Below are positions 25,696-36,073 of a stretch of DNA of 64,000 bases, piece after piece. Numbering within the stretch: position 1 is the stretch's first letter; each line of letters starts with the position of its first letter. The notes under the pieces are model-generated. The model was not told where the DNA came from and made no database searches. It saw only the letters and a list, made by a program, of their open reading frames with translations. A program made the translations under genes and the position numbers. Source of the DNA: an uncultured Clostridia bacterium. GTDB taxonomy: Bacteria > Bacillota > Clostridia > Oscillospirales > Butyricicoccaceae. The stretch covers positions 11,947 through 75,946 of the forward strand of contig CAJUJQ010000001.1 in assembly GCA_910586575.1 (NCBI GenBank), given 5' to 3'.

Positions 25696-26724
25696 TCAGC
25701 CCCGCGCACGTGTCTTTAGATGCCGCAGCAGCACGCCCGCAACCTGGTCGCAGGACGCCTGCTCACATACCGCGCCCAGCTTTTTCGCCACGCCCGGCAT
25801 CCCATAAACTACACTTGACTTTTCATCCTGCCCAATCGTGAACGCGCCCTTCTGCCGCATTTTCAGCAGCCCCTTGGCGCCGTCCGCGCCCATGCCGGTC
25901 ATAATAATACCGACCATCGGGCAGCGCACATTCTCCGCCATCGAATCAAACAGCGCGTCCACCGAGGGCCGATGCCCGCTGACCTTGTCCCCGGGCGTGC
26001 AGCTGACAAAATAACCGCCCGCCGCCGTCCGCTGGACCCGGCACTGCAAATCCGCAGGCGCAACCAGCGCCAGGCCGGGCCGGATTTCGTCCCCGTTCTT
26101 GGCTTCCCGGACCTCCATGCTGCACAGCCGATTCAAACGCTCCGCGTACATCTGTGTAAAGCCTGTCGGCATGTGCTGTACAATGACCATCCCGGGAATA
26201 TCCGGCGGGAGGCGCTTCATGACTTCCAGCGTCGCCTCGGTGCCGCCGGTGGACGCGCCCAGACCCACAATAATCCGTGACCGCCCCAGCTGAAGCGCGG
26301 GGGCCGGCGCCGGCTCGGGCGCGGAACGCCCGCCGCGCACCCTGGCCTTAGCCGCTATGATGACCTTGGCCGTCAGTGCCTGAATGAACTGCTCCCGGCT
26401 TTCTGTGCCGTCCGGCTTGCGGACGAAATCGACCGCCCCCGCGTGCAGCGCGTCAAACACGCCCAGGTTCAGCGAGGAAACCAATACCGTCGGCACCGGG
26501 TACTGCGGCAGCAGCTCCTTGAGGAAATCGATCCCGCTCATGCCCGGCATCTGTACGTCGCAGGTCATCACGTCCGGCCGCAGCCGGAGCACCTTCTGCT
26601 TGGCGTCCAGCGCATTGATGGCAAAGCCGACCACCTCGATATTGGGGTGGCGCTTCAGCCCTTCAATCAGCACGCCGCGTGCCACAAGGGAATCGTCCAC
26701 TACTAAAACTCGTATTTTTGCCAC
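25696..26724 (-). CDS. cheB: Chemotaxis protein-glutamate methylesterase CheB (REC + esterase)
   Basis: 342 aa. REC domain (IRVLVVDDS...DVMTCDVQMPGMSG) and a CheB catalytic domain (GASTGG...VQHMP...GMGADG). Confidence 0.9.
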   Translation of the reverse strand: MAKIRVLVVDDSLVARGVLIEGLKRHPNIEVVGFAINALDAKQKVLRLRPDVMTCDVQMPGMSGIDFLKELLPQYPVPTVLVSSLNLGVFDALHAGAVDFVRKPDGTESREQFIQALTAKVIIAAKARVRGGRSAPEPAPAPALQLGRSRIIVGLGASTGGTEATLEVMKRLPPDIPGMVIVQHMPTGFTQMYAERLNRLCSMEVREAKNGDEIRPGLALVAPADLQCRVQRTAAGGYFVSCTPGDKVSGHRPSVDALFDSMAENVRCPMVGIIMTGMGADGAKGLLKMRQKGAFTIGQDEKSSVVYGMPGVAKKLGAVCEQASCDQVAGVLLRHLKTRARG

Positions 26725-26741
26725 GTTGCTCTATCCTCATT

Positions 26742-27539
26742 TTATTTCTGGAAAATCGACGCGCCCACGCGCCTGTACTTGGTGCCGGGGTCGAGGTTTT
26801 CCGACATGCTGATAATCAGGTAGCCGCCCGGTACCGTCGCTTCATAGAAGCGCTCGGCAAGTGCCTTTTTGGTTGCCTGGTCGAAATAAATCATCACGTT
26901 CCGGCAGAAAATCACATCGAATTTCCGTTTGAACTTAATCGGATCCATCAGGTTGAACTGCTGGAAAATCACGTTGTTTTTAATCTTGGGCGCAACCTGG
27001 AACTTGCCGCCCTCTGCCGGGACGAAATAATTCTTCTTCCAGCTTTTCGGCAGGGTGTCGGGCAGCTCATAAATCCCCCGGCGCGCCTTGGTCAGCGCCT
27101 CCATTGAGAGATCGGTCGCGAGCAGCCGGGTGTCCCAGGCGCTGGCCTGGGAACCCAGGTAATCCATCATATACATGGAAATATTATACGGTTCCTCGCC
27201 GGAGGAGCAGCCCGCGCTCCAAACCGCCAGGCACTTGTCACGCTTGTGTCTGGCGACGATATCGGGCATGATTTTGCCATTAAAGAAATCAAACGCGCCC
27301 ATTTCCCGCATGAAATAGGTATAATTCGTGGTCAGCTTGGAGAGCAGGTGGTTGATATCCTCGCTGTTCCCCTTGGTGAGCATATAATCCACGTAATCTT
27401 TGAACTGCGCGAACCCCTGGCTGCGGATGGTGTTGCTCAGGCGGCTGACAATCAGCTGTTTTTTCTGCCGCAGGTCGATGCCGTACTTGCTCTGCACAAA
27501 GTGGACGAGGCGGTTAAAGTCAGCATCGCTGATCGGCAT
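26742..27539 (-). CDS. cheR: Chemotaxis protein methyltransferase CheR
   Basis: SAM-binding VWSAGCSSGEEPYS-like motif (AVWSAGCSSGEEPYNI) and FDVIFCRNVMIYF. The start is set at ATG 27539, after the cheW stop and behind GAGGGGGGA; the ORF track extends to 27590. Confidence 0.85.
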   Translation of the reverse strand: MPISDADFNRLVHFVQSKYGIDLRQKKQLIVSRLSNTIRSQGFAQFKDYVDYMLTKGNSEDINHLLSKLTTNYTYFMREMGAFDFFNGKIMPDIVARHKRDKCLAVWSAGCSSGEEPYNISMYMMDYLGSQASAWDTRLLATDLSMEALTKARRGIYELPDTLPKSWKKNYFVPAEGGKFQVAPKIKNNVIFQQFNLMDPIKFKRKFDVIFCRNVMIYFDQATKKALAERFYEATVPGGYLIISMSENLDPGTKYRRVGASIFQK

Positions 27540-27564
27540 ACTCAGGGCACTGCCCTTCCCCCCC

Positions 27565-28050
27565 TCACTGCTCATGATAGAGGAACGCAATGTCGAGCAT
27601 CATGAGCGTGCCGCCATTTTCGGGGAGACTGTACATACCGGTCACCAGGTTGCCCGCGGCAGGGCCGCTCTGGTAGGGGACCGGCAAAATATTCTTCTCG
27701 TTGACGTCAATCATCTTATCAACGTCGTCCACCAGGATGCCGAGCTGCACGCCCTCATATTCCAGAACGATAATGCATCTGTTGTCCTCGGGCGGCTGGC
27801 TGAGCAGCCTGCGGAAATCGATAATCGGCACCATCAGGCCGCGCAGGTTGACCACGCCGCTGATGTGCTCGGGGAGCACGGGGATAAGCGTGATCTTCGC
27901 CTCGTTGATAATCTCCTTTACCACATCCGAATGCACGCCGAACAGCACCGCATTCGAGCGGAAAATCAAATATTTCTCGGTTTCTTCAATCGGTTTGGTA
28001 TCCATATCCACCGTATCCTGCTGCACGGCGAACAAAACATCTTCTGCCAT
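27565..28050 (-). CDS. cheW: Chemotaxis coupling protein CheW
   Basis: CheW fold: YLIFRSNAVLFGV...VNLRGLMVPIIDFRRLL...IIVLEYEGVQLGILVDDV. The start is set at ATG 28050 behind AAAGGGGG; the track start at 28080 is a TTG. Confidence 0.9.
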   Translation of the reverse strand: MAEDVLFAVQQDTVDMDTKPIEETEKYLIFRSNAVLFGVHSDVVKEIINEAKITLIPVLPEHISGVVNLRGLMVPIIDFRRLLSQPPEDNRCIIVLEYEGVQLGILVDDVDKMIDVNEKNILPVPYQSGPAAGNLVTGMYSLPENGGTLMMLDIAFLYHEQ

Positions 28051-28319
28051 TTGGCGAAGCCCCCTTTTTCTATCACTCAAACGAAGGAATCCCCGCGCCC
28101 CGCAGCCGCGCCGGAGGGCTGTGCCCTCCGGGCTTCCGCAGCCTTACTTTAGAAAAAGCCAATGAGCGTTTTCCTGCGCCCGCAGGCGAGGCCGGGAACC
28201 CTAAATTATTATCTTTGCCTTGCTTGAAATTGTCCGCACGCCCATTAGCGGGCCTTTTCCCACCGCCAGGCGCACTTCCAATGATCAAACAGGCTTCCCT
28301 GCGGAACCTTCCCGTTCCG

Positions 28320-30401
28320 TCAGCTCTGTGCCGCCGCATAAATGCTGGCGACATCCAGAATGATGCTGATGGTGCCGTCACCCAAAATGGTGCAGCCCGC
28401 AATGCCGTAATTCTTAATACCGTAATCGTTAATATAGGCCGGCAGCGGTTTCACAACCACCTGCTGCTGTCCGATCAGCTCATCGACAAACAAGCAGTAA
28501 GACTTGTCTCCCGACTCCACCCAAAGGATGATGCCGTCGTCAAAGCGGTCCGCGCCATCCGTCAGGTGGTAGAAATCCTTCGCCCGGATCACCGGGTAAT
28601 AATTGTCGCTCAGGCGGAGCATTTCGCCGTGCACCGCGTCATGGACGATATCCTGCTCGGTGAACTTGAAAATCTGGCGGATATAGTTAATCGGTACGGT
28701 AAAGATGGATTCGCCAACCGCGACCTCCATGCCGTCCATAATCGCCATGGTCAGCGGGATTTTCAGGGTTGTGGTCATGCCCCTGCCCTTTTCGCTGGAA
28801 ATGGTGACGCTGCCGCCCACATTTTCCACGTTGCTCTTGACCACGTCCATGCCGACGCCGCGCCCGGAATACTCGGTGACCTCGGTATTGGTCGAAAAGC
28901 CGGGCATCAGCAGGAAATTCAAAATATCCTTGTGCGAATACTCCACGCCGGGCTGTGCCAGCCCTTGGCGGAGCGCCTTACCGAGGATCGCGTCGTCGTC
29001 CGCGCCGCGCCCGTCGTCGATCACCTCAATAATGACCTCGCCGCCGGTGTGCCGCGCGGAAAGGATAATCTTGCCGACCGGGTTCTTGCCCGCCGCGATA
29101 CGCTCCTCGGCGTGCTCCTCAATGCCGTGGTCCATGGAGTTGCGCACGATGTGCATAATGGGATCGCTGATGCTGTCCACGATGGTCTTGTCAACCTCGG
29201 TGTCCTCGCCGACCAGCTCGAGCACGGTCTCCCGCTTGAGCTTCTTGCTCATATCGCGGACGATGCGCTTCATCTTCTGGAAGGTCGCCGAAACCGGCAC
29301 CATGCGCAACGACATGCTGACATCCTGAAGCTCATCGGTCAGGGATCGCAGCTGGCGCGCCGCGCCCGCGAAGCTGTCCAGCTTCAGCCCCTTCAAATCG
29401 GGGGACGCTGTGACCATCGACTCGGTAATCACGATTTCGCCTACAATCGCCTGGAGCGCGTCCAGCTTGCCCAGGCTGACACTGATAAGGCTTTCCTTTG
29501 CGTGCTGTGCCTGGGGCTGCTTTCCAGCAGCCGCCGCAGGCGCGGGGGCCGGGACGGGCGTGGCTGTCTGCTCCTTCGCCGGGGCTGCGGGCGCGGGCGC
29601 CGCCGGAGCCGGTGCAGGCTCTGCCGCAGGCGCGGGGGCCGGCGCAGGCTCCGCCTCGAAGTCAAACGCCTGATAGCTGCTCACGGTCGCCGTGCCGGTA
29701 ACCGTCGGCATGATGGACTCCCGCTCGTCCGCGGTACGGAAGCGCAGCACGAAGCCGTTCTCGACGATTACCGCCGCCGTTTCGGAATTGGTGTCCACAT
29801 CGGCGGGCACGAAATCGAAATCGGTCAGCCCGGATTCCCGGATGGAGTTCACCAGCATGAAAGCACGCAGGTTCTCCATGCCGCAGCCTTCCTCAAAAAA
29901 TACCTGCAATGCAAACGGGAATTCCGCGCTGCCGAAGGAAGCGCCCGCAGCCGCGCCGGCTGCCGCGGCTTCCTCCTCCGCCGCGCCCTCGTGGGGCTGG
30001 ATTTTTTCCTGGAAGTTGTTTACTTTTTCCAGCAAATTGTCGATATCATTAGTAGTGGGCTGGCCGTTTTCGATCTTTTCGACCTCGCCGCGGAAAAAGT
30101 CGATCGCCTGGAAGATCAGGTCGAACAGGTCCGGACGGAGGCTTTCGGGGATCACATCCATCGACTTCTCACGGATGATAAAGAACAGGTCCTCCACACG
30201 GTGCGCCACCGTCATCAGGGAATTGAACTCCATCATCGCGGAGGAACCCTTAAAGGTGTGCATAATCCGGAAAATCTCGTTGACCTCGTCCTCCGAAAAA
30301 CTGCTGTTCTTTTCAGCGGACAGGACGATCTCGTCGACCTGCTCCAGCAGCGTATTCATTTCAAACAAATACGCTTCCATCATATCGTTGCCCATAATCA
30401 A
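28320..30401 (-). CDS. cheA: Chemotaxis histidine kinase CheA
   Basis: 693 aa. Hpt P1 (IMHTFKGSSAMMEF), a Pro/Ala-rich linker, a dimerisation domain, an HATPase (DHGIE...DDGRG...GRGVGMDVV) and a C-terminal CheW-like P5. Confidence 0.95.
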   Translation of the reverse strand: MIMGNDMMEAYLFEMNTLLEQVDEIVLSAEKNSSFSEDEVNEIFRIMHTFKGSSAMMEFNSLMTVAHRVEDLFFIIREKSMDVIPESLRPDLFDLIFQAIDFFRGEVEKIENGQPTTNDIDNLLEKVNNFQEKIQPHEGAAEEEAAAAGAAAGASFGSAEFPFALQVFFEEGCGMENLRAFMLVNSIRESGLTDFDFVPADVDTNSETAAVIVENGFVLRFRTADERESIMPTVTGTATVSSYQAFDFEAEPAPAPAPAAEPAPAPAAPAPAAPAKEQTATPVPAPAPAAAAGKQPQAQHAKESLISVSLGKLDALQAIVGEIVITESMVTASPDLKGLKLDSFAGAARQLRSLTDELQDVSMSLRMVPVSATFQKMKRIVRDMSKKLKRETVLELVGEDTEVDKTIVDSISDPIMHIVRNSMDHGIEEHAEERIAAGKNPVGKIILSARHTGGEVIIEVIDDGRGADDDAILGKALRQGLAQPGVEYSHKDILNFLLMPGFSTNTEVTEYSGRGVGMDVVKSNVENVGGSVTISSEKGRGMTTTLKIPLTMAIMDGMEVAVGESIFTVPINYIRQIFKFTEQDIVHDAVHGEMLRLSDNYYPVIRAKDFYHLTDGADRFDDGIILWVESGDKSYCLFVDELIGQQQVVVKPLPAYINDYGIKNYGIAGCTILGDGTISIILDVASIYAAAQS

Positions 30402-30486
30402 GTTCCGCCTTTACTATATATTTTCCGGAAACCCCAGGCCGTCTGGCCTGTTGTCGGAATTGCGCTGATAAGCCTTTCATACTTAT

Positions 30487-30513
30487 TTATCGACAACTTC
30501 AGGGAAAAGGTAA
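30487..30513 (-). promoter_or_regulatory. Candidate sigma-28-type promoter upstream of cheA
   Basis: Minus strand reads TTAC-N15-GTCGATAA, about 85 nt upstream of the cheA ATG. Same architecture as the element upstream of fliD. Confidence 0.4.
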
Positions 30514-30559
30514 GCGCCCGCCCTAAAAAATATTTCATCTTTTCCAGCCATTCCCCTAT

Positions 30560-30588
30560 TTGCACTCGGGCGGCAAATCTGCTATAAT
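30560..30588 (+). promoter_or_regulatory. Candidate sigma-A promoter of the SLH surface-protein gene (long 5' UTR)
   Basis: TTGCAC (30560-30565), 17 nt spacer, TATAAT (30583-30588). This leaves a leader of about 230 nt before ATG 30823. Confidence 0.5.
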
Positions 30589-30822
30589 AGAGAAAGCAAA
30601 TACTGAAAAAGCAAACCATAAGGAGACCCAGAATGCCGATTCCCCAGGATACCGCCGCCAGCGGCGGATACATGCGGCCCGTCCCGGACAGGCCAACCCC
30701 CCCGCCCAACGCCCGCGGGCACCCGCCGTGGAAACAGGCGGTTCCGGCAGGCTGCTGCACGGCCCGCCCTACCCATGCCCCCACAGGGGCCGATACCATT
30801 TCCCGAAAAGGAGGACTCCAAC

Positions 30823-33800
30823 ATGCTACACCATAAGCCGCGCAGGAAACGGGGCGCGGCGCTGCTGCTCAGCGCCCTGATGCTCTTCGCTTCCGTCCAC
30901 TTCACCCCGCCCGCCGCGGCAGGGAACGAGTGGGTCATGGACTCGGTGAACAAGCTGACCAGCTGGGGCGTCATCACCGGGCGCGATACCGGCGACCAGC
31001 AACTCAACGCCGTCATCACCCGCGCGGAAATTACCGCCATGGTCAACCGTGCCTACGGCTATACCGAGGTCGGGGAAATCCCGTTCACCGACGTGCCGTC
31101 CTCAGCCTGGTACGCCGACGATATCGCAATCGGCTATAACACCGGCTATTTCAGCGGCACGACCGAAACCACCGCTTCCCCAGACGGCTCGCTGACACGC
31201 GAACAGGCCATCGCGCTGATGGCACGCAACCTGCGTTTGCCCGAATCCACCGGCGAGGTCACCCAGTTCACCGACGGCCGCACCTTCTCCACCTGGAGCA
31301 TGGGCTATATCAAGGCCGCCGCCGAAAACGGCCTCATCAACGGCTACTCGGACGGCAGCTTCCGCCCGAAGAACGAAATCACCCGCGCCGAAATGATCAA
31401 GCTGCTCGCCGATTCGGTCGGCCAGCTGGTCAACGCCCCCGGCACGCACACCCTGGGCGGCGTGGTCGGCAACGTCACCATCAACACCGCGGGCTGTACG
31501 CTGGTCGATACCACCATCGGCGGCGACCTGTACCTGACAGGCGGCGTCGGCATGGGCGGCGTGACGCTCGATAACGTCAACGTCCTGGGCCGCATCATCG
31601 TGGCGGGCGGCGGCGAAAGCGAGGGCGGCGGCGAGAGCATCGTGCTGCGCAACGTGAGCGCGCAGTCCATGCTCGTGGACAGCATGGCAGGCCAGTACGT
31701 TTCCATGAGCATCCAAAACGATACGCTCATCCCCGAAACCACGCTCAAGTCCAACGCCTTTATTGAGGACTTCTCGCGCGGCGGCATGGGCCTCCAGCGC
31801 ATCGTCATGGACGGCGACCCCGAGGCCGAGGAGCCGATGAACGTCACCCTGTCCGGCAACATCAAAACCGTGGTCAACCGCACCCCGGAATCCCACCTCA
31901 CCATCGGCGACGGCACGGCGGAAAACGTAACCATCGACGAACGCGCGGTGGACTCCACCCTGACCATCACCAATGACGGCGTGGTCGATACGCTGAACCT
32001 CGACGTCGGCATCGCGGTGGACGGCGAGGGCGCCATCGGCAACCTGTATGTCAACGCCCCCGGCGCCAGCACCTCCATGCTGCCCGACAACATTGTCATC
32101 CGCCCCGGCATCACCGCCAACATTGCCGGTACGGTCATGGATACCAAGCTCGGCGAGGAATCCTCCTCCGACCCGCGTATCCTGGCAGGCTACCCGCGCG
32201 CGGACGATATCGCTCCCAACTCGGCGCTTGCCGTCTTTTCGGGCAACAAGGCGGGCACCATCCATTACGCCGTGACCCCCGAGCAGTACGGCCCGGTTGA
32301 GGACGACGACATCCTGGTCAACCCGCCCACCTACGGCCCGACCTATACGGCGCGCGGCACCCTTGCCATCGCCAAATCGGAAACCGAGGCCTCGGTCCGC
32401 ATCAGCGGCCTGGTGCCCGACGGTACTTATTATCTCTCCGCCACGCTCGTGGACGCGCGCGGCGACCGCAGCCCCATTAAATGGGTGAAGTTCACCACGC
32501 CGGACAACACGGTGCCCAACTTCACCACCGGCTATCCGACGCTGAGCAAAATCACCGATATTGACGCCCAGCTGTCAGCAATGACCAACAAGGACTGCGA
32601 GATGTACTACGCGATTTACCCGCGCGGGAGCGTCGCGCCGACCGCGAACAGCTTCCTGAGCAATTCGCTGGAGGGCAATATCGCAAACGGCATCTTCAAG
32701 ATGAAGAAAAACACCCCGCTCACCGAATGGCTGACCGGCACCCCCATCGCGGGCGGCGCGGGCAGCATCAATGGCCTGCTCAAGGAGCTGACCGACTACG
32801 ACCTGTACCTGTGGCTGACCGACCGTGAGGGCGGCCTTAGCTCGGCGGTGCGCAAGATCCAGTTCCGTACCGTGGACGTGACCCCGCCCGAGTTCGTCAC
32901 CCTGCCTTACGTCACCAACGAGGCCGCGCGCGCGGTCACGCTGACCGGCTCGCTCAACGAGAACGGCACCATCTACTGGGTTGCCGTCCCCGAGGGCGAA
33001 ATGTACCCCAAGCCCGCCAGCAACCCCAATATTGACACCGGCGCGCACGCCGTCACCGTCACCGGCGGTACGGGCGGCGGCACCTACCGCACGGGCGACC
33101 TGGTCACCATCGTGCCCGAAACCACCACCAGCGACGTATTCTACCGCTGGTCGGTCGAACAGGGCGGCGTGACCGTCAGCATGGTCAGCCCGGACGGCGA
33201 TTCCCAGGTGGTACAGGGCACCGCAACCTTCCGGATGCCCGATGAAGCGGTTTCCGTCACCGCGTACTTTATCTCCAAGGAGGACGCCGACAACGGCACC
33301 GACAACCCGCGCCTCATTCGCGGCACGACCATTACCTCGGGCAGCGGCGTCGCGCTCGACAGCGAATATGCGAAATTGCAGGTGCGCAACGGCATGAACG
33401 CCTTTAAGCGCGGCAGCACCTCTGCCCGCGAGATGGCGGACTTCAACTTTACCGTCAGCGGCCTGGATCCGCAGACCCGCTACGATGTTTACTATGTCGC
33501 GGTGGATACGGCGGGCAACTTCTCCAACACCGTGCACAAAATCACGGTCAACACCCTGGACAATATCGCGCCCACGGCAACCCAGGAATTCACCCGCTTC
33601 GCCGACGGCGACACCGTGAACACCACCCACCCCTACGCGAACACCGATATCCGCCTCATCTTCAGCGAGGAGGTCACCACCACCCACTCGACCCGCAGCT
33701 TCCTCGAGCTGTACCAGGACGTGGTAGCCGCCCGCAACAACCCGGCGGAATGGGAAATCGCGCGGGAAACCCTGGGCAGCGCGCTCGCCAGCAGCATCCA

Positions 33801-36051
33801 GCTGTACACCACCGGCCTTGGCGGCAACGTGCCCCAGCCGGTCGGCGATGACGTCATCGACTTCCGCAAGGCGATTGTCGAGCTGGAGGACGACGGCAAG
33901 ATGGTCATCACCTTCCAGTCTACCTCCAACCCAGACAGCGACGCGCTCAACCTGCGCAGCGGCGCAACCTATTTCTTCCGGCTGAAGGATATCACCGATA
34001 CCTCAACCGCGCGCAACCGCATGGGGCAGACTGACCTGCCGCGCTTCACCACCATTTCAGCGCAGGTCTTCCTCCAGTCTACCAACACCACCACCATCAA
34101 CGGCTTCTATAACCCCGACCAGAGCGTACTGGAAGCCGATATCGCCTTCTCTCTCACCCCGCGCTCGACCTCGACCATGGACGACTCCGTGGACTGGGAT
34201 ATGCTGCTCTGGCTCAACCAGTCGGCGGACTTCGACCTGTACCGGCGCGTCGGCACCGGCAGCTGGTCGCGGCTCGGCTCGTACACCATTGATACCTCGG
34301 GCACAACCTCGGGCGGTATCAGCATCCGGCAGTATGACAGCGAGGGCAACTTCCCGCAGCTCAACCAGACGCTCAAGGACGACGGCACGGTCTATGAATA
34401 CGCCGTGCACTTCACCAAAATCGGCAACCTGGACGACCGCACCAGCTGGAGCCAGAACATGATTATGCAGGTCAACATCCTCGCGGGCGGTACGCCCGAC
34501 CTGCGCAACGTGGCCGCCAACGTCACCGACGGCTATGAGGAGGCTGTCAAGGGCGGCGAGGTCGCCGATATCGGCACGCCGGTACCCTTCCGGGTGCGCA
34601 AGCAGTTCGCCGACCAAAGCCCCCCGCACTTCGTGGGCAATTACCCGCGCTTCGAGCCGGGCGACACCAACGTCATTATCGACACCATGCTTGACCGCTC
34701 CGGCCCGATCTACTGGATGATCGCACCGGTCGGCGTCGTCCTCACCGAACACGCGGACGACCGCTCCAAGGTTGAATATGATCAAGTGCCCAATTACGGC
34801 GGCGCGGGCGATCCCCCGGCGCTCTACCGCCCGACCTACCGTCAGATCATCGACCCACGCAACAACGGCATCAGCAGTGACCGCATCCAATTCGGTACCA
34901 CAAACGGCGGCACCAGCGAGATTTCCTGGTCGGCCGAGAACCTGGAAACCGACACCGAGTATTTCGCGTACTTCGTCATCCAGGGCAACGGCCAGATTTA
35001 CTCCGATGTAATGATTTACGGCTTCAAGACCGAGCCGGTTATCGTACCGCATTACACCCTGACGCTGAGCACCCCGACCAACGTCACCATCACCGAGGAG
35101 GACAACCGGCGCAATTCGGTCAATTACAAGCTGATTGCAAGCACGGCGCTCAGCTCCTTCGGCGGCGGCATTCTCCAGCGGACGCTCAACGTCGGCAGCA
35201 GATCCATGACGGTGCTCGAAGCGCTGACCGGCGACGACCCGTCCGGCCTGTCCTACTTCGACGTTTACGCGGACGATGCGCTCAAGCGCGCTATGGCTCT
35301 TGCCATCCGCTCGCGCGATTCGGACGGTACCTCCATCATCGGCAACGGCAACGCCACCCTGCCGGGCATGGGCAACGAGACGGTCGAATGCGCCGAACGC
35401 TGGAACCTCTCGGAAGGCGTGCAGTACATCTTCCTGTCGGTCGGCCAGACGGTCACCTCGATCAGCTCCAACGACCCGAACAACACCGAAGCCATGGCCT
35501 TCCGCGCCATCGCCCCGGTTCGTTTGGACGATATCGAGGCGCCTAAGGTCATTATGACCCAGCCCGACTTCAACCGCACCGGTACCGGCAGCAATATGCT
35601 CTTCTCCGGCACCTGTACGGTCAACTTCAACGAAAATATTTACAAGTTTAACGGGAACGACAAGCCGCCTATCCCGATTGACACGGCACCGAGCCTCGTC
35701 CCGTCGCCCCCCGGCCCGCGTAACGACGACTTCGCAAGTATCCAGTCGCTTCTGGCGGTCTCCTCCCAGAACAGCAAGGTACAGCTCATTTACAATGTAG
35801 ACCAGTACCAGCACTATACCGCCAGCATTGCGCTCAGCTTCACCAACCTCCGGCTGAACGAGCCTAGCTCCATCACCTTTACCACCGACTTTACGGACGC
35901 GAAGCCGAACCGCCGCCAGACCCCGCTGACCATCACCCTGACGCCGCAGGCAACCCAGCAGGATGCCCAGGGCAACTGGATCTACGGCATCGTCGTCACG
36001 GTCAGCCCGGAATGGGACGCGCGCCCCGGCAGCGACACTACCAAAAAGTAA
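30823..36051 (+). CDS. Giant SLH-domain cell-surface (S-layer-type) protein, 1742 aa
   Basis: Signal peptide MLHHKPRRKRGAALLLSALMLFASV. Three SLH repeats (FTDVPSSAWYADDIAIGYNTGYFSG..., FTDGRTFSTWSMGYIKAAAENGLINGYSDGSFRP...). Then a beta-helix-like Gly/Val/Asn-rich stretch and many Ig-like-sized modules. The start is set at ATG 30823 behind AAAGGAGG. Confidence 0.9.
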   Translation: MLHHKPRRKRGAALLLSALMLFASVHFTPPAAAGNEWVMDSVNKLTSWGVITGRDTGDQQLNAVITRAEITAMVNRAYGYTEVGEIPFTDVPSSAWYADDIAIGYNTGYFSGTTETTASPDGSLTREQAIALMARNLRLPESTGEVTQFTDGRTFSTWSMGYIKAAAENGLINGYSDGSFRPKNEITRAEMIKLLADSVGQLVNAPGTHTLGGVVGNVTINTAGCTLVDTTIGGDLYLTGGVGMGGVTLDNVNVLGRIIVAGGGESEGGGESIVLRNVSAQSMLVDSMAGQYVSMSIQNDTLIPETTLKSNAFIEDFSRGGMGLQRIVMDGDPEAEEPMNVTLSGNIKTVVNRTPESHLTIGDGTAENVTIDERAVDSTLTITNDGVVDTLNLDVGIAVDGEGAIGNLYVNAPGASTSMLPDNIVIRPGITANIAGTVMDTKLGEESSSDPRILAGYPRADDIAPNSALAVFSGNKAGTIHYAVTPEQYGPVEDDDILVNPPTYGPTYTARGTLAIAKSETEASVRISGLVPDGTYYLSATLVDARGDRSPIKWVKFTTPDNTVPNFTTGYPTLSKITDIDAQLSAMTNKDCEMYYAIYPRGSVAPTANSFLSNSLEGNIANGIFKMKKNTPLTEWLTGTPIAGGAGSINGLLKELTDYDLYLWLTDREGGLSSAVRKIQFRTVDVTPPEFVTLPYVTNEAARAVTLTGSLNENGTIYWVAVPEGEMYPKPASNPNIDTGAHAVTVTGGTGGGTYRTGDLVTIVPETTTSDVFYRWSVEQGGVTVSMVSPDGDSQVVQGTATFRMPDEAVSVTAYFISKEDADNGTDNPRLIRGTTITSGSGVALDSEYAKLQVRNGMNAFKRGSTSAREMADFNFTVSGLDPQTRYDVYYVAVDTAGNFSNTVHKITVNTLDNIAPTATQEFTRFADGDTVNTTHPYANTDIRLIFSEEVTTTHSTRSFLELYQDVVAARNNPAEWEIARETLGSALASSIQLYTTGLGGNVPQPVGDDVIDFRKAIVELEDDGKMVITFQSTSNPDSDALNLRSGATYFFRLKDITDTSTARNRMGQTDLPRFTTISAQVFLQSTNTTTINGFYNPDQSVLEADIAFSLTPRSTSTMDDSVDWDMLLWLNQSADFDLYRRVGTGSWSRLGSYTIDTSGTTSGGISIRQYDSEGNFPQLNQTLKDDGTVYEYAVHFTKIGNLDDRTSWSQNMIMQVNILAGGTPDLRNVAANVTDGYEEAVKGGEVADIGTPVPFRVRKQFADQSPPHFVGNYPRFEPGDTNVIIDTMLDRSGPIYWMIAPVGVVLTEHADDRSKVEYDQVPNYGGAGDPPALYRPTYRQIIDPRNNGISSDRIQFGTTNGGTSEISWSAENLETDTEYFAYFVIQGNGQIYSDVMIYGFKTEPVIVPHYTLTLSTPTNVTITEEDNRRNSVNYKLIASTALSSFGGGILQRTLNVGSRSMTVLEALTGDDPSGLSYFDVYADDALKRAMALAIRSRDSDGTSIIGNGNATLPGMGNETVECAERWNLSEGVQYIFLSVGQTVTSISSNDPNNTEAMAFRAIAPVRLDDIEAPKVIMTQPDFNRTGTGSNMLFSGTCTVNFNENIYKFNGNDKPPIPIDTAPSLVPSPPGPRNDDFASIQSLLAVSSQNSKVQLIYNVDQYQHYTASIALSFTNLRLNEPSSITFTTDFTDAKPNRRQTPLTITLTPQATQQDAQGNWIYGIVVTVSPEWDARPGSDTTKK

Positions 36052-36073
36052 CCGAAAGAAGGGCACAGACACC

